From Neocallimastix sp. 'constans' (taxonomy: Eukaryota), in the NCBI GenBank assembly GCA_050613775.1, contig JBODTK010000146.1:1-64000 (forward strand): 64,000 nucleotides of DNA, written 5' to 3'. The notes beneath the pieces were generated by a model. It saw only the letters and a list, made by a program, of their open reading frames with translations. It did not search any database and was not told where the DNA came from. Made by a program: the position numbers and the translations under genes. This document shows, one piece after another, positions 24,313 to 37,271 of this stretch (position 1 is its first letter; each line of letters opens with the position of its first letter).

Positions 24313-24390
24313 TTTTTTGTCATAAAATTCAGCTTTAATAGAATTGATTTTCATATCTCTTTTCCAATAAAAATCCTTGATTTCTATATT
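24313..24390 (-). mobile_element. Old non-LTR element, 5'-most remnant (copy F)
   Basis: Encodes EIKDFYWKRDMKINSIKAEFYDK, homologous to FYWERDVFKPSKAK in copy E (~23050-23100). Joins in frame to KNRFEET in copy D once copy E is removed. Confidence 0.65.
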
Positions 24391-25072
24391 TATAATATAT
24401 ATATATAATGTTTACAAATTCTTAAAAGGAATAAAGGAATACTTCCTATGATATATAGTTATTATATATATACAGACTAGAAACACTCTATTTTTTTTTT
24501 TTTTTTTTTTTTTTCTATTGACACCAAAATTATAATAATAAAAAAAACTCTTTAATTGTTATTTTATTTTTAACTTTTTTATTTTTATTTTTATTATTTT
24601 CAATATAAAATAAATGAAATAATTTTATAATAATTTCTTTTTTTTTTTTTTTTTTTTAATAAATATAAATTATTAAGTATGCTAATAAATAATATGAAAG
24701 TTAATTATAAATCAAAAAAATTAATAATTATAAAAAAACAATAATAAATTAAATATATAAAAAAAATAAATTTAATATATAAAAAAATAATAATAGCAAA
24801 AAGTTATTTAATTTATAATTTATAATAAATAATTTGTACTTAAATTAATGATATATATTAATATCAATATTAAAAGACATTTATTATATCTTTTAATAAT
24901 ATATAATATTAATATTTAAAGATAATTGAATTATAAAAGTTAATAGGCTTATAATATATATAATTAACTAAATATTTAAATAGTAATAATAGTATATATG
25001 AAATTTTCTTCATTCAAATTTTTCTTTTTTTCTATTTTTTGCTTTTTAATATATATATAACTTCCTTCACTA

Positions 25073-25103
<31 letters not shown>

Positions 25104-25323
25104 TTAATATAGATATATATTTTTTTCTTTTTTTGTTTGTTTTGTTTAATATATATATTTTTATTAATAATTTCATATCCATTAAAATTACGTATAAACT
25201 ATATTATAAATTAAATAAAAACAAAAAACATAAAAAGAAAAAAATAAAATTTCTTTTTTTTTTTTTTTTTATCTCCCATAAATCTAATTTTTTTTTTTTT
25301 TTTTTTTTTTTCACTATAATTTT

Positions 25324-27153
25324 TTAAGATCTCTTTGGAATGCTATTTTCATCTTCAACAACATCAACTACTGTAGAATTATCATTAACCTTATTTTCTG
25401 AATCAACAGATTTCATTTCTGGTTGAACTGTATCTATAGAAGTATTACTTTCATTAACATTATTTGTACTTTTTTGAGGTTTGTGATTTAATCTTACATT
25501 CTTAGTACATAAACAGGCAACTAATGCAATAAGAGAACATGGAATAATAATTAAAAAGTTCGTTCTTAAACCATCATTATAAGCCTTTAATCCATTGTAA
25601 CCATATGTATTAATAAGTTTCATATTCACAGAATCAGCAGGAATAGTTGGATCAAGTTTATGTAAATTAGATGGAACACGATTATTTAATATAGTATTGA
25701 AAATAGCAATACCTACGATACCACCAATAACTTGGAAGAAGGAAACTACAGCGGTTGTAGAAGCTAAAATTGCCTTTGGAGAGGAATCTTGAGCAACTAA
25801 AAACATATTTTGACGAGTTAAACCAGAACCTAAACCACCAAAGGCAATAATTAATAACTGCGCAACAACTCCTGTTTCAACATCGAAAAGACTGTAAACA
25901 TAACCGGAAGCAGCAGACAAAATAAAACCGAAAAAGAATAACCAATTTACACGACCATACTTTCCGATGAAAGCACCACTTCCAATACTTAAAATAGTAA
26001 CAATAATAGATAATGGTGTTAACATTAATCCAGAGATAGTAGCATTCTTACCTTGAACCATTTGGAAATAGAGAGGAATGAAGGTACAAGATCCCATGAA
26101 TGCAAAACCAATTAAAGTTACAGCAACAATCATACAATCAATGTTTCTAACTTTGAAAATTTCTGGTGGAATAATTGGTTCCTTTGCAAACTTTAATTCA
26201 ATAATTACAAAGATTACAAGGAAAATAGCAAATAACACAAATAAGAGAATAATTTGCCATGAAGACCATTCATAATCTACACCTCCCCATTCTAATGCTA
26301 ATAACAAACAAATAACACCAAAAATTAAAACTACTGTGCCAGCATAATCAATACGTAAAAGTTTCTTACGCATATCTTCTTCATTTGTTGGGATCTTAAC
26401 ATACATTACTATAATAATAAAAGCAATAACCGCTAATGGTACATTAATATAGAAAGCCCAACGCCATGAAATATGATCAGTACAGAGACCACCAACGAGT
26501 GGACCAATTACAGTAGAGAAAGAGAACACGGCACCAAGAATACCCATGTACTGTCCACGTTTACGAATTGGAACAATATCAGCAATAATAATCATACAAA
26601 GGGACATTAAACCTCCACCACCAATACCTTGAATACCACGGAATATAATTAACATATCCATACTATTGGATATACCACATAAGACTGAACTTACAATAAA
26701 AATAATTAAAGCGAAAATCATACAAGCTCTACGTCCAAAAATATCTGCCATTTTACCATACATTGGTTGGAAAGCTGTACTTGAAAGCATATATGAAGTA
26801 ATAACCCATGTATAACCACTAATATCTTCAAATTCCTTTGCTATTGTTGGTAATGCTGTAGATACTACTGTCATATCTAAACTTGATAAAAGACATACAA
26901 TAGACAAAGCAAAAGTAATAGCGTATAATTTTCCACCAGTTACTTCATAACTAACATAAGCTTCATCATTTTCATCCAATTTCTTTACTTCTTTCATATC
27001 TTTTAAATTAACATCCTTTATATTTTTTATTTCATCCTTATTACTATTATTTAATTCATTAATGGTCTTATCAGTAATATCAACAACTACTGCATCATTA
27101 CTATTTCCCAATGTATCTTGGGAATCCTTATGATTTATTCCTGTATTTGACAT
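25324..27153 (-). CDS. Major facilitator superfamily transporter, 14-TMS drug:H+ antiporter (DHA2/EmrB-QacA-like)
   Basis: Intronless 609-aa ORF with LDMTVVSTALPTI (motif D1), GKMADIFGRR (motif A), RGIQGIGGG, GPLVGG (motif C), WRWAFYINVP and about 14 hydrophobic segments. Confidence 0.93.
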   Translation of the reverse strand: MSNTGINHKDSQDTLGNSNDAVVVDITDKTINELNNSNKDEIKNIKDVNLKDMKEVKKLDENDEAYVSYEVTGGKLYAITFALSIVCLLSSLDMTVVSTALPTIAKEFEDISGYTWVITSYMLSSTAFQPMYGKMADIFGRRACMIFALIIFIVSSVLCGISNSMDMLIIFRGIQGIGGGGLMSLCMIIIADIVPIRKRGQYMGILGAVFSFSTVIGPLVGGLCTDHISWRWAFYINVPLAVIAFIIIVMYVKIPTNEEDMRKKLLRIDYAGTVVLIFGVICLLLALEWGGVDYEWSSWQIILLFVLFAIFLVIFVIIELKFAKEPIIPPEIFKVRNIDCMIVAVTLIGFAFMGSCTFIPLYFQMVQGKNATISGLMLTPLSIIVTILSIGSGAFIGKYGRVNWLFFFGFILSAASGYVYSLFDVETGVVAQLLIIAFGGLGSGLTRQNMFLVAQDSSPKAILASTTAVVSFFQVIGGIVGIAIFNTILNNRVPSNLHKLDPTIPADSVNMKLINTYGYNGLKAYNDGLRTNFLIIIPCSLIALVACLCTKNVRLNHKPQKSTNNVNESNTSIDTVQPEMKSVDSENKVNDNSTVVDVVEDENSIPKRS

Positions 27154-29230
27154 TTCTTATATTTTGTATATTGAATTATTCTAAAAATTTATCAATATTC
27201 CAAAATATTACTTTGTTCTTAATTATTAAAATTTTAAATAATTTTCCTCTATTAATATATAATATTTTTCTTTTTTTTTTTTTTATTTGTCTATATAAAC
27301 CACTTTACTACTAATTTATCTAAACTAATATAAAATAAAATAAATAGTATTATATCTAACCAAATATAAATATTTTTAATTTTTGTTCATAATAATTATT
27401 TTAAAATGAAGGAAAGGAAAAATTTTGGTTTTTATACTTTTTTTTTAAAAAAAAAAAAAATAATAAAATAATATATAATTACTATTAATAACAATATGGA
27501 TAATTTTTATTCAATTATAAATCTAACCATACCAAATTATAAATAACAAATTTTAATAAATAAATAAATTAAAAAAAAAAAACTTTTTTTCTAATATAAA
27601 AAAATTACTAATTTTTAAATTAAAAAAAGTTTAATATAAATCTTTAATAGATTTATATGTTTATTATATTATGAATATAATATATTATTAATAGGTTTAC
27701 TAAAAAATAAACATATTAGAGTACTATTAGTAATATATATTATTAAATACATTATTCTTAAATAATTAACAAGAAAAAAAAAAATCATGCCATAATTAAT
27801 ATATTTATAAATATTAAAATATATTTCAATTAATATAATATTGTAAATTATTTATTAAAATAAATAATCGATAATATATGATTAAATATAATCGTCTAAT
27901 ATATTCAAATTTCAATAAATTATATTTAAAATTTGATAGGTTTAAAAAAATATGTATTATAACTATATTAGTAATAAACAATATTAATACATATTAATTT
28001 AAATTTAATATATAAGAAATCAATATATAAATATTTTAACAATATATTATATTTTTAATAATAGAAAATTTATATTTTAATTGGAAATCAATCGAAAAAA
28101 AAAAAAAAAAAATTAAATACAAAGAAAAAAAATAAAAATTTTTTAATTTTTTTTTTTTTTTGACTTTAAAATAAGTTAAAGAGATTAATATGTATAATTG
28201 TATTATAATATATAAAATGCTTTAAATTATAAAAATATATTTGTGTTAATAAACAAAAAAACGTGCTAAGTAAAAATTTAGAAAAAAAATTTTTTTATTT
28301 TGAAAGTTTAAATAAAAAAATAGAAAATAAAAAAAAATAAAAAAACAAAAAAAATGAAAAGGTTGATGAACAATAGTTTCTTTTAAATAAATTTTATTTA
28401 GAACGTAGGAAAAGAAAGAAAAAGTAATATAAAAAAAAAAAAAAAAAAAGCAGAAAAAATGAATTGTTAATATATAAAAAAATAATTTTAATATAAAATA
28501 AATAATTAAATAATTGTTACATATATTTATTTATTAATATTTGAGCAAATAAATTATAAAGTGAAATCTTTGATGTTAATATTCATAAATATTAATTGAT
28601 GATATAAATTATGGAATATTTTTTTAAAATATTAGATTGATTTATTTCTCTGAAAGTATAAAATATTTAAAGTATTTATAATATATAAATACAATTTATT
28701 AAGGAAATAATTTTATAAGAATTAATTTACTAATTATAAGTTAATTACTTCAAGGAAAATATTAATAGAGATGAGATTATACCATTACATGTAACAAAAA
28801 TAATTAGATTAAAATGGATCATGATATATAATTAAATAGGGATAAATATATGTTTTTATAATTATAGCGAATTATACCTATAATTTATAATATTTTTCAT
28901 TTATTTAAAAAATTAGTTTTTAGTTCTTTACTGATAAACTTTTTAAAATATATACATATATATATTAGCATATCATTTTATTAGTAATAACAGATTTCTT
29001 TATTTATTTATTTATTTAGTCTATTCTTCATTCATAAAATAATTAATACTATTTATTTATTATTTATATATTTATTTTAATTAGTTAAAAAAGAAAAAAT
29101 AGTAATTAAAAACAAAAAATGGATATAAAATCCGCTATATCTCTAATGAATAATAATTAATTTATATTTTTATATATTTTTAATATAGATATATTAATAA
29201 AAGATAAATCGATTAAGAACATAATATTAA

Positions 29231-29370
29231 TTTATTAAAGAAATCAAATAAATAAATAGATAAATAAATAATATAATAATAAAATTTTCTTTTTTTCTAT
29301 TAAAGAAATCAAATAAATAAATAGATAAATAAATAATATAATAATAAAATTTTCTTTATTTCTATTAAAA
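29231..29370. repeat. Tandem duplication, ~63-bp unit
   Basis: attaaagaaatcaaataaataaatagataaataaataatataataataaaattttcttt occurs twice in succession. Confidence 0.85.
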
Positions 29371-31965
29371 GAATAACAATATATTAAATTTGATAATTAA
29401 TTTATTTAATATTTATTTATTTAATATTTATTTATTTAATATTTATTATTCCGCATAATTTTATTCTTTCATTTTATTATGTCATTTCAAATAGTAATCA
29501 TTCTATTTAGTTCTATTACCATTTTAACTAATGTAATTATTTTTTATTTTATATAATATATAAAAATAATAATTATTTATATTTATATATAAATATAAAT
29601 AAAAGTAGATATTAATTATTTTTATTAGTGATCAATGATCATTAATTAAAATTATATAATAATTAATAAAAATTATACTATATAATATTACCTATTTCTA
29701 CTTTTTTTTTTTCTATTAATTATTATTAATAAATACTGTTTTATTAATAACTATCTTTTTTTTTATTTACTATTTATTTATTAATTTGTTCAATTATTTA
29801 TTATTTATTATTTATTATTTATTATTTATTATTTATTATTTATTATTTATTATTTATTATTTATTTATTATTTATTATTTATTATTTATTCAATTATTCA
29901 ATTATTTATTAATAAATAATTGAATAATTTTTTTTTATAATTTATTTATTAAATAGCAAATAGCAATTAATATATAATAAATAATATTGTTCCATCTTTT
30001 TATTGTTATTAATATACTTTTTTCTATTATTTATTATTTATTTATTATTTATTGCTTTATATTAATTATTTATTATTTATTAAATTGCAATTAATATATT
30101 TTACTTAATTGACTAATATATAATAAATAATATTGATCCATCCTTTTATTGTTATTAATTAAAATACTTTCCATGTCAACTAATACGTATCCAATTATAT
30201 TAATTCATTCTTGGATTTCTTTCAAAATAAATAAAATCAATCCAATAGATTAAGAAATAAAAACATCAATATTTAAATGAAAAAAAAAAAATTTAATATT
30301 TTCAATATATACAATATATTAAATGGTTGATTTATTTTCCGTATTGATTACTAATGTATTTGTAGTTGTATTTGATGTATTTTTTTTTATTAATATATAT
30401 ATTATATATATATGGTTAAAATGTGATGAACTCTATAATAATTAAGAAATCCTATAATGTAAACTACTACTGGATAATATAAAAAAAAAGAAATTAGATC
30501 AACTAAAAAATGAGAAAAAAAAAAAAACCATTCTATTTGTTTTTTTATATTGTATAGCATTATTTTTATTTAATAAACAAGTATCAAGTTTTGAATACTT
30601 TAAGTTATAATAAATAGAATGAATTTTAATTGTTTCATTGTATACAAATTATTCACTATTTTCCATTATCTTATTTTTTTCATTGTGTAAAATGATTATA
30701 AAATAATATATATTAATTATTAATTTAATTTTATACATTAATTGTCTTAATAAATAAATTATATTTTATATTTTATATTCTATATTCTATATTTTAATTT
30801 TTCTTTCTTATAGGATTAATATTATCATATTAAAAATAAAATCAAATATTAGTATTAGAAAGAAAGAGAATTATTTCATAATTCATATTATCAATATAAT
30901 ATTAAAATAAAAGACTTCATGTCCCATAAAATATATTTATGATAAATGGATTTAATCTCATTATTTTTAAAAAATTTTTCGTTAATTAAAAATTTTAATT
31001 TAAAAAAAAAATTAATATGTAATTATATATTCATATAAAAAAAAAAAACTTTCAGATGTTTTTATAGCAATAATAAAAATAAAAATAAAAAAGACATGTA
31101 ATAAAAAGGAATTAAGAATAATTAGTTATCAAAGTATTAAATAAATATCAAAGTATTATATAAATATTTATTTATATTTATACTACAAAATTACATAGAA
31201 TGAAAATAATAACTAATTTATTATTTTATATTATTATTTGTAGTAATAATAATAGTATATTCTTTTTTTTAAAAAAAAAAATAATAATGATATAAGATAT
31301 TAATTTTAATATCAGATAAAATTAAGTGTATAATAAACTTTAAAAAAAAAAAAAAGGAAAAAAAGGAAAAATAAAAGCAAAGGAAAAAAAAAATATTAAC
31401 AATTTTTCATATGCAAAGAAAAAATACTAAAAGAAGAATAATAATAATAAAAATATAAGAAAAAAAATCTTAAGGATGAACCTTAAATTCATTATAATAA
31501 ATAATTAAATAATTAAATAATAAATAATAAATAATTAAATAATAATAAATACTAAATAATAAAGAATTAATAAATAATATATTATAAATAAATAATAGAT
31601 AATAAATAATAATTAATAATTGAATAATAAATAAAAATATGAAATTTTAAAAAAAAAAAAATTTTTAAATTTAAATTTTAAATTTTAACATTAAATACTA
31701 ATATATAGTTAAATATATTATTATGTATAATTTAATGAATGGTAGATATATATATTTATCTATTTTTTATATTATTTCTTTTTATATGGATTGTAAATAA
31801 TCATGAAATTTTTAATTCCTTCCATATTTATTCATATTAAATATTTTATTTTAGAAATTTTAACAGAAATACAAAAAAAAAAAAAAAAAGTTTAATAAAA
31901 ATTAAAATATAAAAAAAAGATAAGGAAAAAAAAAATAAAAAATAAATAATTATTTTTTATTTTTT

Positions 31966-32028
31966 TTTGTTTTGTTTTGTTTTGTTTTGTTTTGTTTTGT
32001 TTTGTTTTGTTTTGTTTTGTTTTGTTTT
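31966..32028. repeat. (TTTTG)n pentanucleotide microsatellite
   Basis: Read directly. Confidence 0.95.
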
Positions 32029-33033
32029 AATATCTTAAAAAATATGGTGTTGTTAAATATAATTTTTAATTTCATATTTTAATGTATTTTATTTTTTTTT
32101 TGACAAACCTTTTAATAATTGATTATTAAAATTTTGTTAAAGTTTAAATATATAATAATAAAATGTTAGAAATGGTTAAATATGTGAAATATATATAAAA
32201 AAAAAAATAAGCTTCAAATGTAATGAAGCATATTGTTATTTAATTAATATATAAGCCACAATACATTAATATAGAAGTATTTAATTAAGAATAATTAAGT
32301 ATCCATATAGTAATAAAGTTGACCTAATTATTAACCTTAAAATGAATCTTAACAGATTTTAAGAGTCTCACCTGATTCTTAAAAAAAGATTCTTAGTTTA
32401 CCGGACACTATATTATATCAAAGAAAAATAAATTAGAATTTTAAATTATGATAAAAGTAGTTCATTATTGTTAATTTAAGGAAGACTAATAGAACTGAAA
32501 GAACATTTAAAATGATCAAGATTACAAAAGTTGAAGAAAACACAGTAAAAAAAAAATATATATATATATATATATAGAAGAGAATTATCTAAAGTACAAA
32601 TAAAACTCCAAAAAAATATAAAAAAATATTAATTTAATAAGAAGGGGGGAAAAAATACGTCTAAGCAAATATAAAAACAAATTTTATATCTTCATACTTC
32701 TATAGAAACTCTTAATTGAAATTATATTTTGATATTTAAACATATAAAATTTTAGATTATTAATAATCTACTATATTTATTCATAAAGAAATTTACTCTG
32801 TGATAAACTACTTCCTTCCTATCAGTATAAATTTTAATAATATACATTACTTTACAAATATTCAGGCAATCCTATATTTAAATCATGGTTTTTACTTAAC
32901 CACAAAACATATTATTTAAAAGTATAGTTATTTTAACATATTTATATATATCAAATAGATAATAATATTAGTAATAAAAATAAATATATATTAATAATAA
33001 GTATTAAATTAAAAGTGTATTAAATTAAAAGTC

Positions 33034-33069
<36 letters not shown>

Positions 33070-33226
33070 ATTTTTATTATATATTAACGCAATGAATGAA
33101 TATATTTTTATTAATATTAAATTAATTTTTTTTAATACTATTTTAATATAGTTGCTGTTATTGTAATAAAGTATCATTATTTATTTTATAAGCTTTTACC
33201 TTTTTATTATTTGTAGCAACTACAAA

Positions 33227-33257
<31 letters not shown>

Positions 33258-33565
33258 CTTTTTATCTTTGTTTTATTCATATGAATCAAAATTTAATAAT
33301 AATAAATTTAATATTTATTCTTACTGTACTATACTTTTTTCCTATTTATTTATTTTATTTAATTTTTTACTAGATTTAATAATTGTTAATACTTCCATTA
33401 TCATATGCTTTTTTATATTTTTTATTTATTTATTTATTTATTTATTTATAATTAAAATTTTTTTAATTAATAATTTAAAAAAAAAAAATAATAATTATTT
33501 ATTATATTAATTATTATTTAAAACTATTTTAATGAGCATTAAAATATTAAACACTAATTATAACC

Positions 33566-33597
<32 letters not shown>

Positions 33598-36043
33598 TTT
33601 TTAATTTTTGAAAAGTTTTATATTTAAAAAATGTTAATATATATTTAAAATATTTTTTTTTAAACTTTTAGTATACTTATAATATAATATAATAAAATAT
33701 TAATATATTAGATGGCAATTATTTTTTTTAAAGTTTTTTTTTTTTTAAAAAAAAAAATATTTAAATCTCAAAATTTTAAATTTAAAAGTTGATATAATTA
33801 ATGTTTCATCATTAATAATAAAGTAATATAAAAAAAAAAAAAATTAAAGATTTAATTATATATGCATATAAACATTTATTTTTATTATTATTAATTTTTT
33901 TTAATAAAAAAATTAAAATTATTTAAATATTTTTAAAATGATAATAAAAATAAAAAAAATAGTGAATTTACTAAATGTTATTATGTTTAATTTTTTTTTT
34001 TTTTTTTTAATAAAAAAAAAAAAAAAATAAAATAAAATAAAATAAAATAAAATATTAAGAATATTAAAAAAAGTATTATTATATGGCTTATTAACTAAAA
34101 ATAATATTAATAAAAATATTTTATAATTTTTTAATTAAAACTTGTTTAATTTTTTTTTTTTTAAAAAATTCACTTGGTAGTTTTTTTTTTTTTTTCCTTA
34201 AATAATAATAATAATAATTATAAGAGATAAAAAATAATAAATAATTAAATAATAAATTATAAATAATAAATAATAAATAAAAAATAATAAATAATAAATA
34301 ATAAATAGTAAATAATAAATAATAAATAAATTGAATAATTAATAATTAATAATAAATAATAAATAATAAATAATTGAATAAATGATAAATGATAAATGAT
34401 AATTATAAACTTAGAATAAGTTTTGGATCATATTTAACAATAATGAAATGAATAAGCCATACTCCAATCTATTTAAATCTCAATATACAATATAAACAAT
34501 AATATAAAGTTTTTTCGGCACAGAAAGCTCTATTTTTTAATTAGAAATACTTAATTTTTATTGATATATATAATATATATATATAATTTTTTTTTTTTTT
34601 TTTTTACAGAATTTCAATTATTTAATTATATATGTAAAGTATATTTGTTTATATCCATGTGACGATTTAAAGTATTTTAATTTATAATAAATAAAGAAAT
34701 ATAAATAAATATAAATAAAAAAATTTATAATAAAAAATTAAATAAAAAAAAAAAAAATAAAGAAAATAAATTAAAAAAAAAAAAATAAATAATAATAATA
34801 ATAATGGAAAAAAAAAAAATTAAATTATTTTATATAATAAATTTAATTATTTTTTTAATTTATATAAATAATAATAAAAAAAAAATTTTTTAATAAATTT
34901 ATATATATATAATTATTGTTAAAATTAATTTTTTTTTTTTTTTAAAAAAAAATATAATATTAAAGAAATATATAAAATAATAATTTTATTCAAAATTATA
35001 TGAATCATTTTTTTTTTTTTTAATTGATGAATAGCCATAATTTCATTCAATATATTTATGATTCAAATATTTTAATACTTTTTTTTTTTTTTAATTAATT
35101 AAAAAATAATAATGTAAAAATTTAATTATTATCATTGTTAATAAATAATTTAATCAAATTTAATAAAACATTAATCCAGTAAATAAAAAAATAAAATAAA
35201 ATAAATAAATAAAAAAAAAGGTGACTTTATAAATCTTTTATTATTATACAGTTGTCGTTTATTTTATTTTATTTTGATGACAATTTTCTTAATTAATTAT
35301 TATAGATTGTTTTTATTTTTATTTTATTTTTTATTTTTATTTTTGATGAAAATCGTATGGTTTTTAGCATAGTTTTAGCATCAAAACCCTATGTTGTTGG
35401 TTTAAATAAAAAAAATATCATTAAGATGGCTATCACAAAGTGTATATAAATAAAAACTTTAATTTTTTTTTTTGTAAAGGTTGTTTTATATATATATATA
35501 TATATTTTTTTGTAAAGGTTATTTTATATATATATTATATTATATATATATTATTTACTTATAATAAATAAATATATCTATGCATAGGATATAAAAAAAA
35601 AAATAAAAAAAAAATGGTGATGATAGAGTGTTTGATGAATGAAATTGATAAATAATTAATAAGAAAAAAAAAAAAAAAAATAATTAAAAACTTTATCATA
35701 AATAATAATAATAAAAAATAATAATATTTAATACTAATTTAATAATGCTTTTTAATACTAATTTAATAATAATACTAATTTAATAATGCTTTTTAATACT
35801 AATTTAATAATAATACTAATTTAATACTATTTTTTTTAATCAAAAATAAATAATATTTCATTAAAATAAAAAATTTGAAAAAATTTAAAAAAAAAAAAAA
35901 TGAGGAGGAGGAGGAGGAGGATGGAAACCTCATCAACATTTATTTATTTGTTTATTTATTTATTTATTTAAACCATGGTACAAATCTCCTTACATATCTA
36001 AAAAAATCAAAAGCAAAAAAAAAAAAAAAAAAAAGAATTAAAA

Positions 36044-36080
<37 letters not shown>

Positions 36081-36523
36081 ATTATTATTATTATTCTTAT
36101 CTTTTTTTTATTTTTTATTTTTTTATTTTATTTTTTTTTTTATTTTATTTTTTTTTTATATTTTTTTTTTTTATTTTTTATTTTTTTTTTTTTTTTTTTT
36201 ATTACCAACAGGAGTACCAACAATACAAATGATATAATAAATAGAAATGAAAATAAAAAAATAAAAATAAAAATAAACACTTTCACAACAATAACAACAA
36301 AAAAAAAAAACTTTTTTTATAATATTTTATATGCGTTAATATATACATTAATATTAATATTTATTAATTTTTTTTTTCTTTTATTAGTATTACTAATTTT
36401 TTTTTTTTTTTTTTGTTTTGTTTTTGCTTCTTTTATTTTCATTTTCTATATTATAATTATATTATTTTCCTTTCTATTATCATCTCCATCATCATCATTA
36501 TTATTATTATTATAATTAAAACC

Positions 36524-36556
<33 letters not shown>

Positions 36557-36862
36557 TTTTTTATTAAATGAAATTAATAAATTTTTTTTTTTTCTTTTTA
36601 TTGTATTGTATAAATAATAAAAATAATAATTTTATAAAAGGTAAAACAAAAAATAAAAAATAAAAAATAAAAAATAAAAAACAAAAACAAAAAAAAAAAA
36701 AAAAACTATATATATATAAAATTTATTATTAATTTAAGATAGTGATTAAAATATATGGATAGAAAAAAAAAAAAAAAAAAAAAGATAAAAAAATATATAT
36801 ATAAATATATATATATATATTAAAGATTAAAAAATTGTTAAAATTAATAAAAATTACTATTT

Positions 36863-36910
<48 letters not shown>

Positions 36911-37271
36911 ATTATTAAAAAAATAATTATAAATTAAAAAAAAAAAAATTGTTAATAATAAAATCAAAATATATAAAATGTTTGATTAAAAAATATATAT
37001 ATATAAAATATTATATATAAAAAAAAATTAAAAATTATTTATATGCTATTAATATATTATTTTTTTTAAAAAAATTTATATTTTAATATAAAAATAAAAT
37101 ATTTAAAAAAACAGTGTTAAACGTGAATTTAAAAAAAAAAAAAAAAAATACATATATATATATAGTATCAATTTATTTATAGAATCATAATACTTTTTTT
37201 TTTTTTAATTTATTGGTTTGGTGTTTGATTTTGCTTTATTTTCATTTTTATTTTTATTTATCTTTTCTTTT

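Noticed and set aside
27200..37200. 10-kb stretch searched for hidden exons, including slightly GC-richer patches at ~32330-32900
   Set aside because: No sustained reading frame or splice-consistent model found by eye. Small exons or ncRNAs cannot be excluded.
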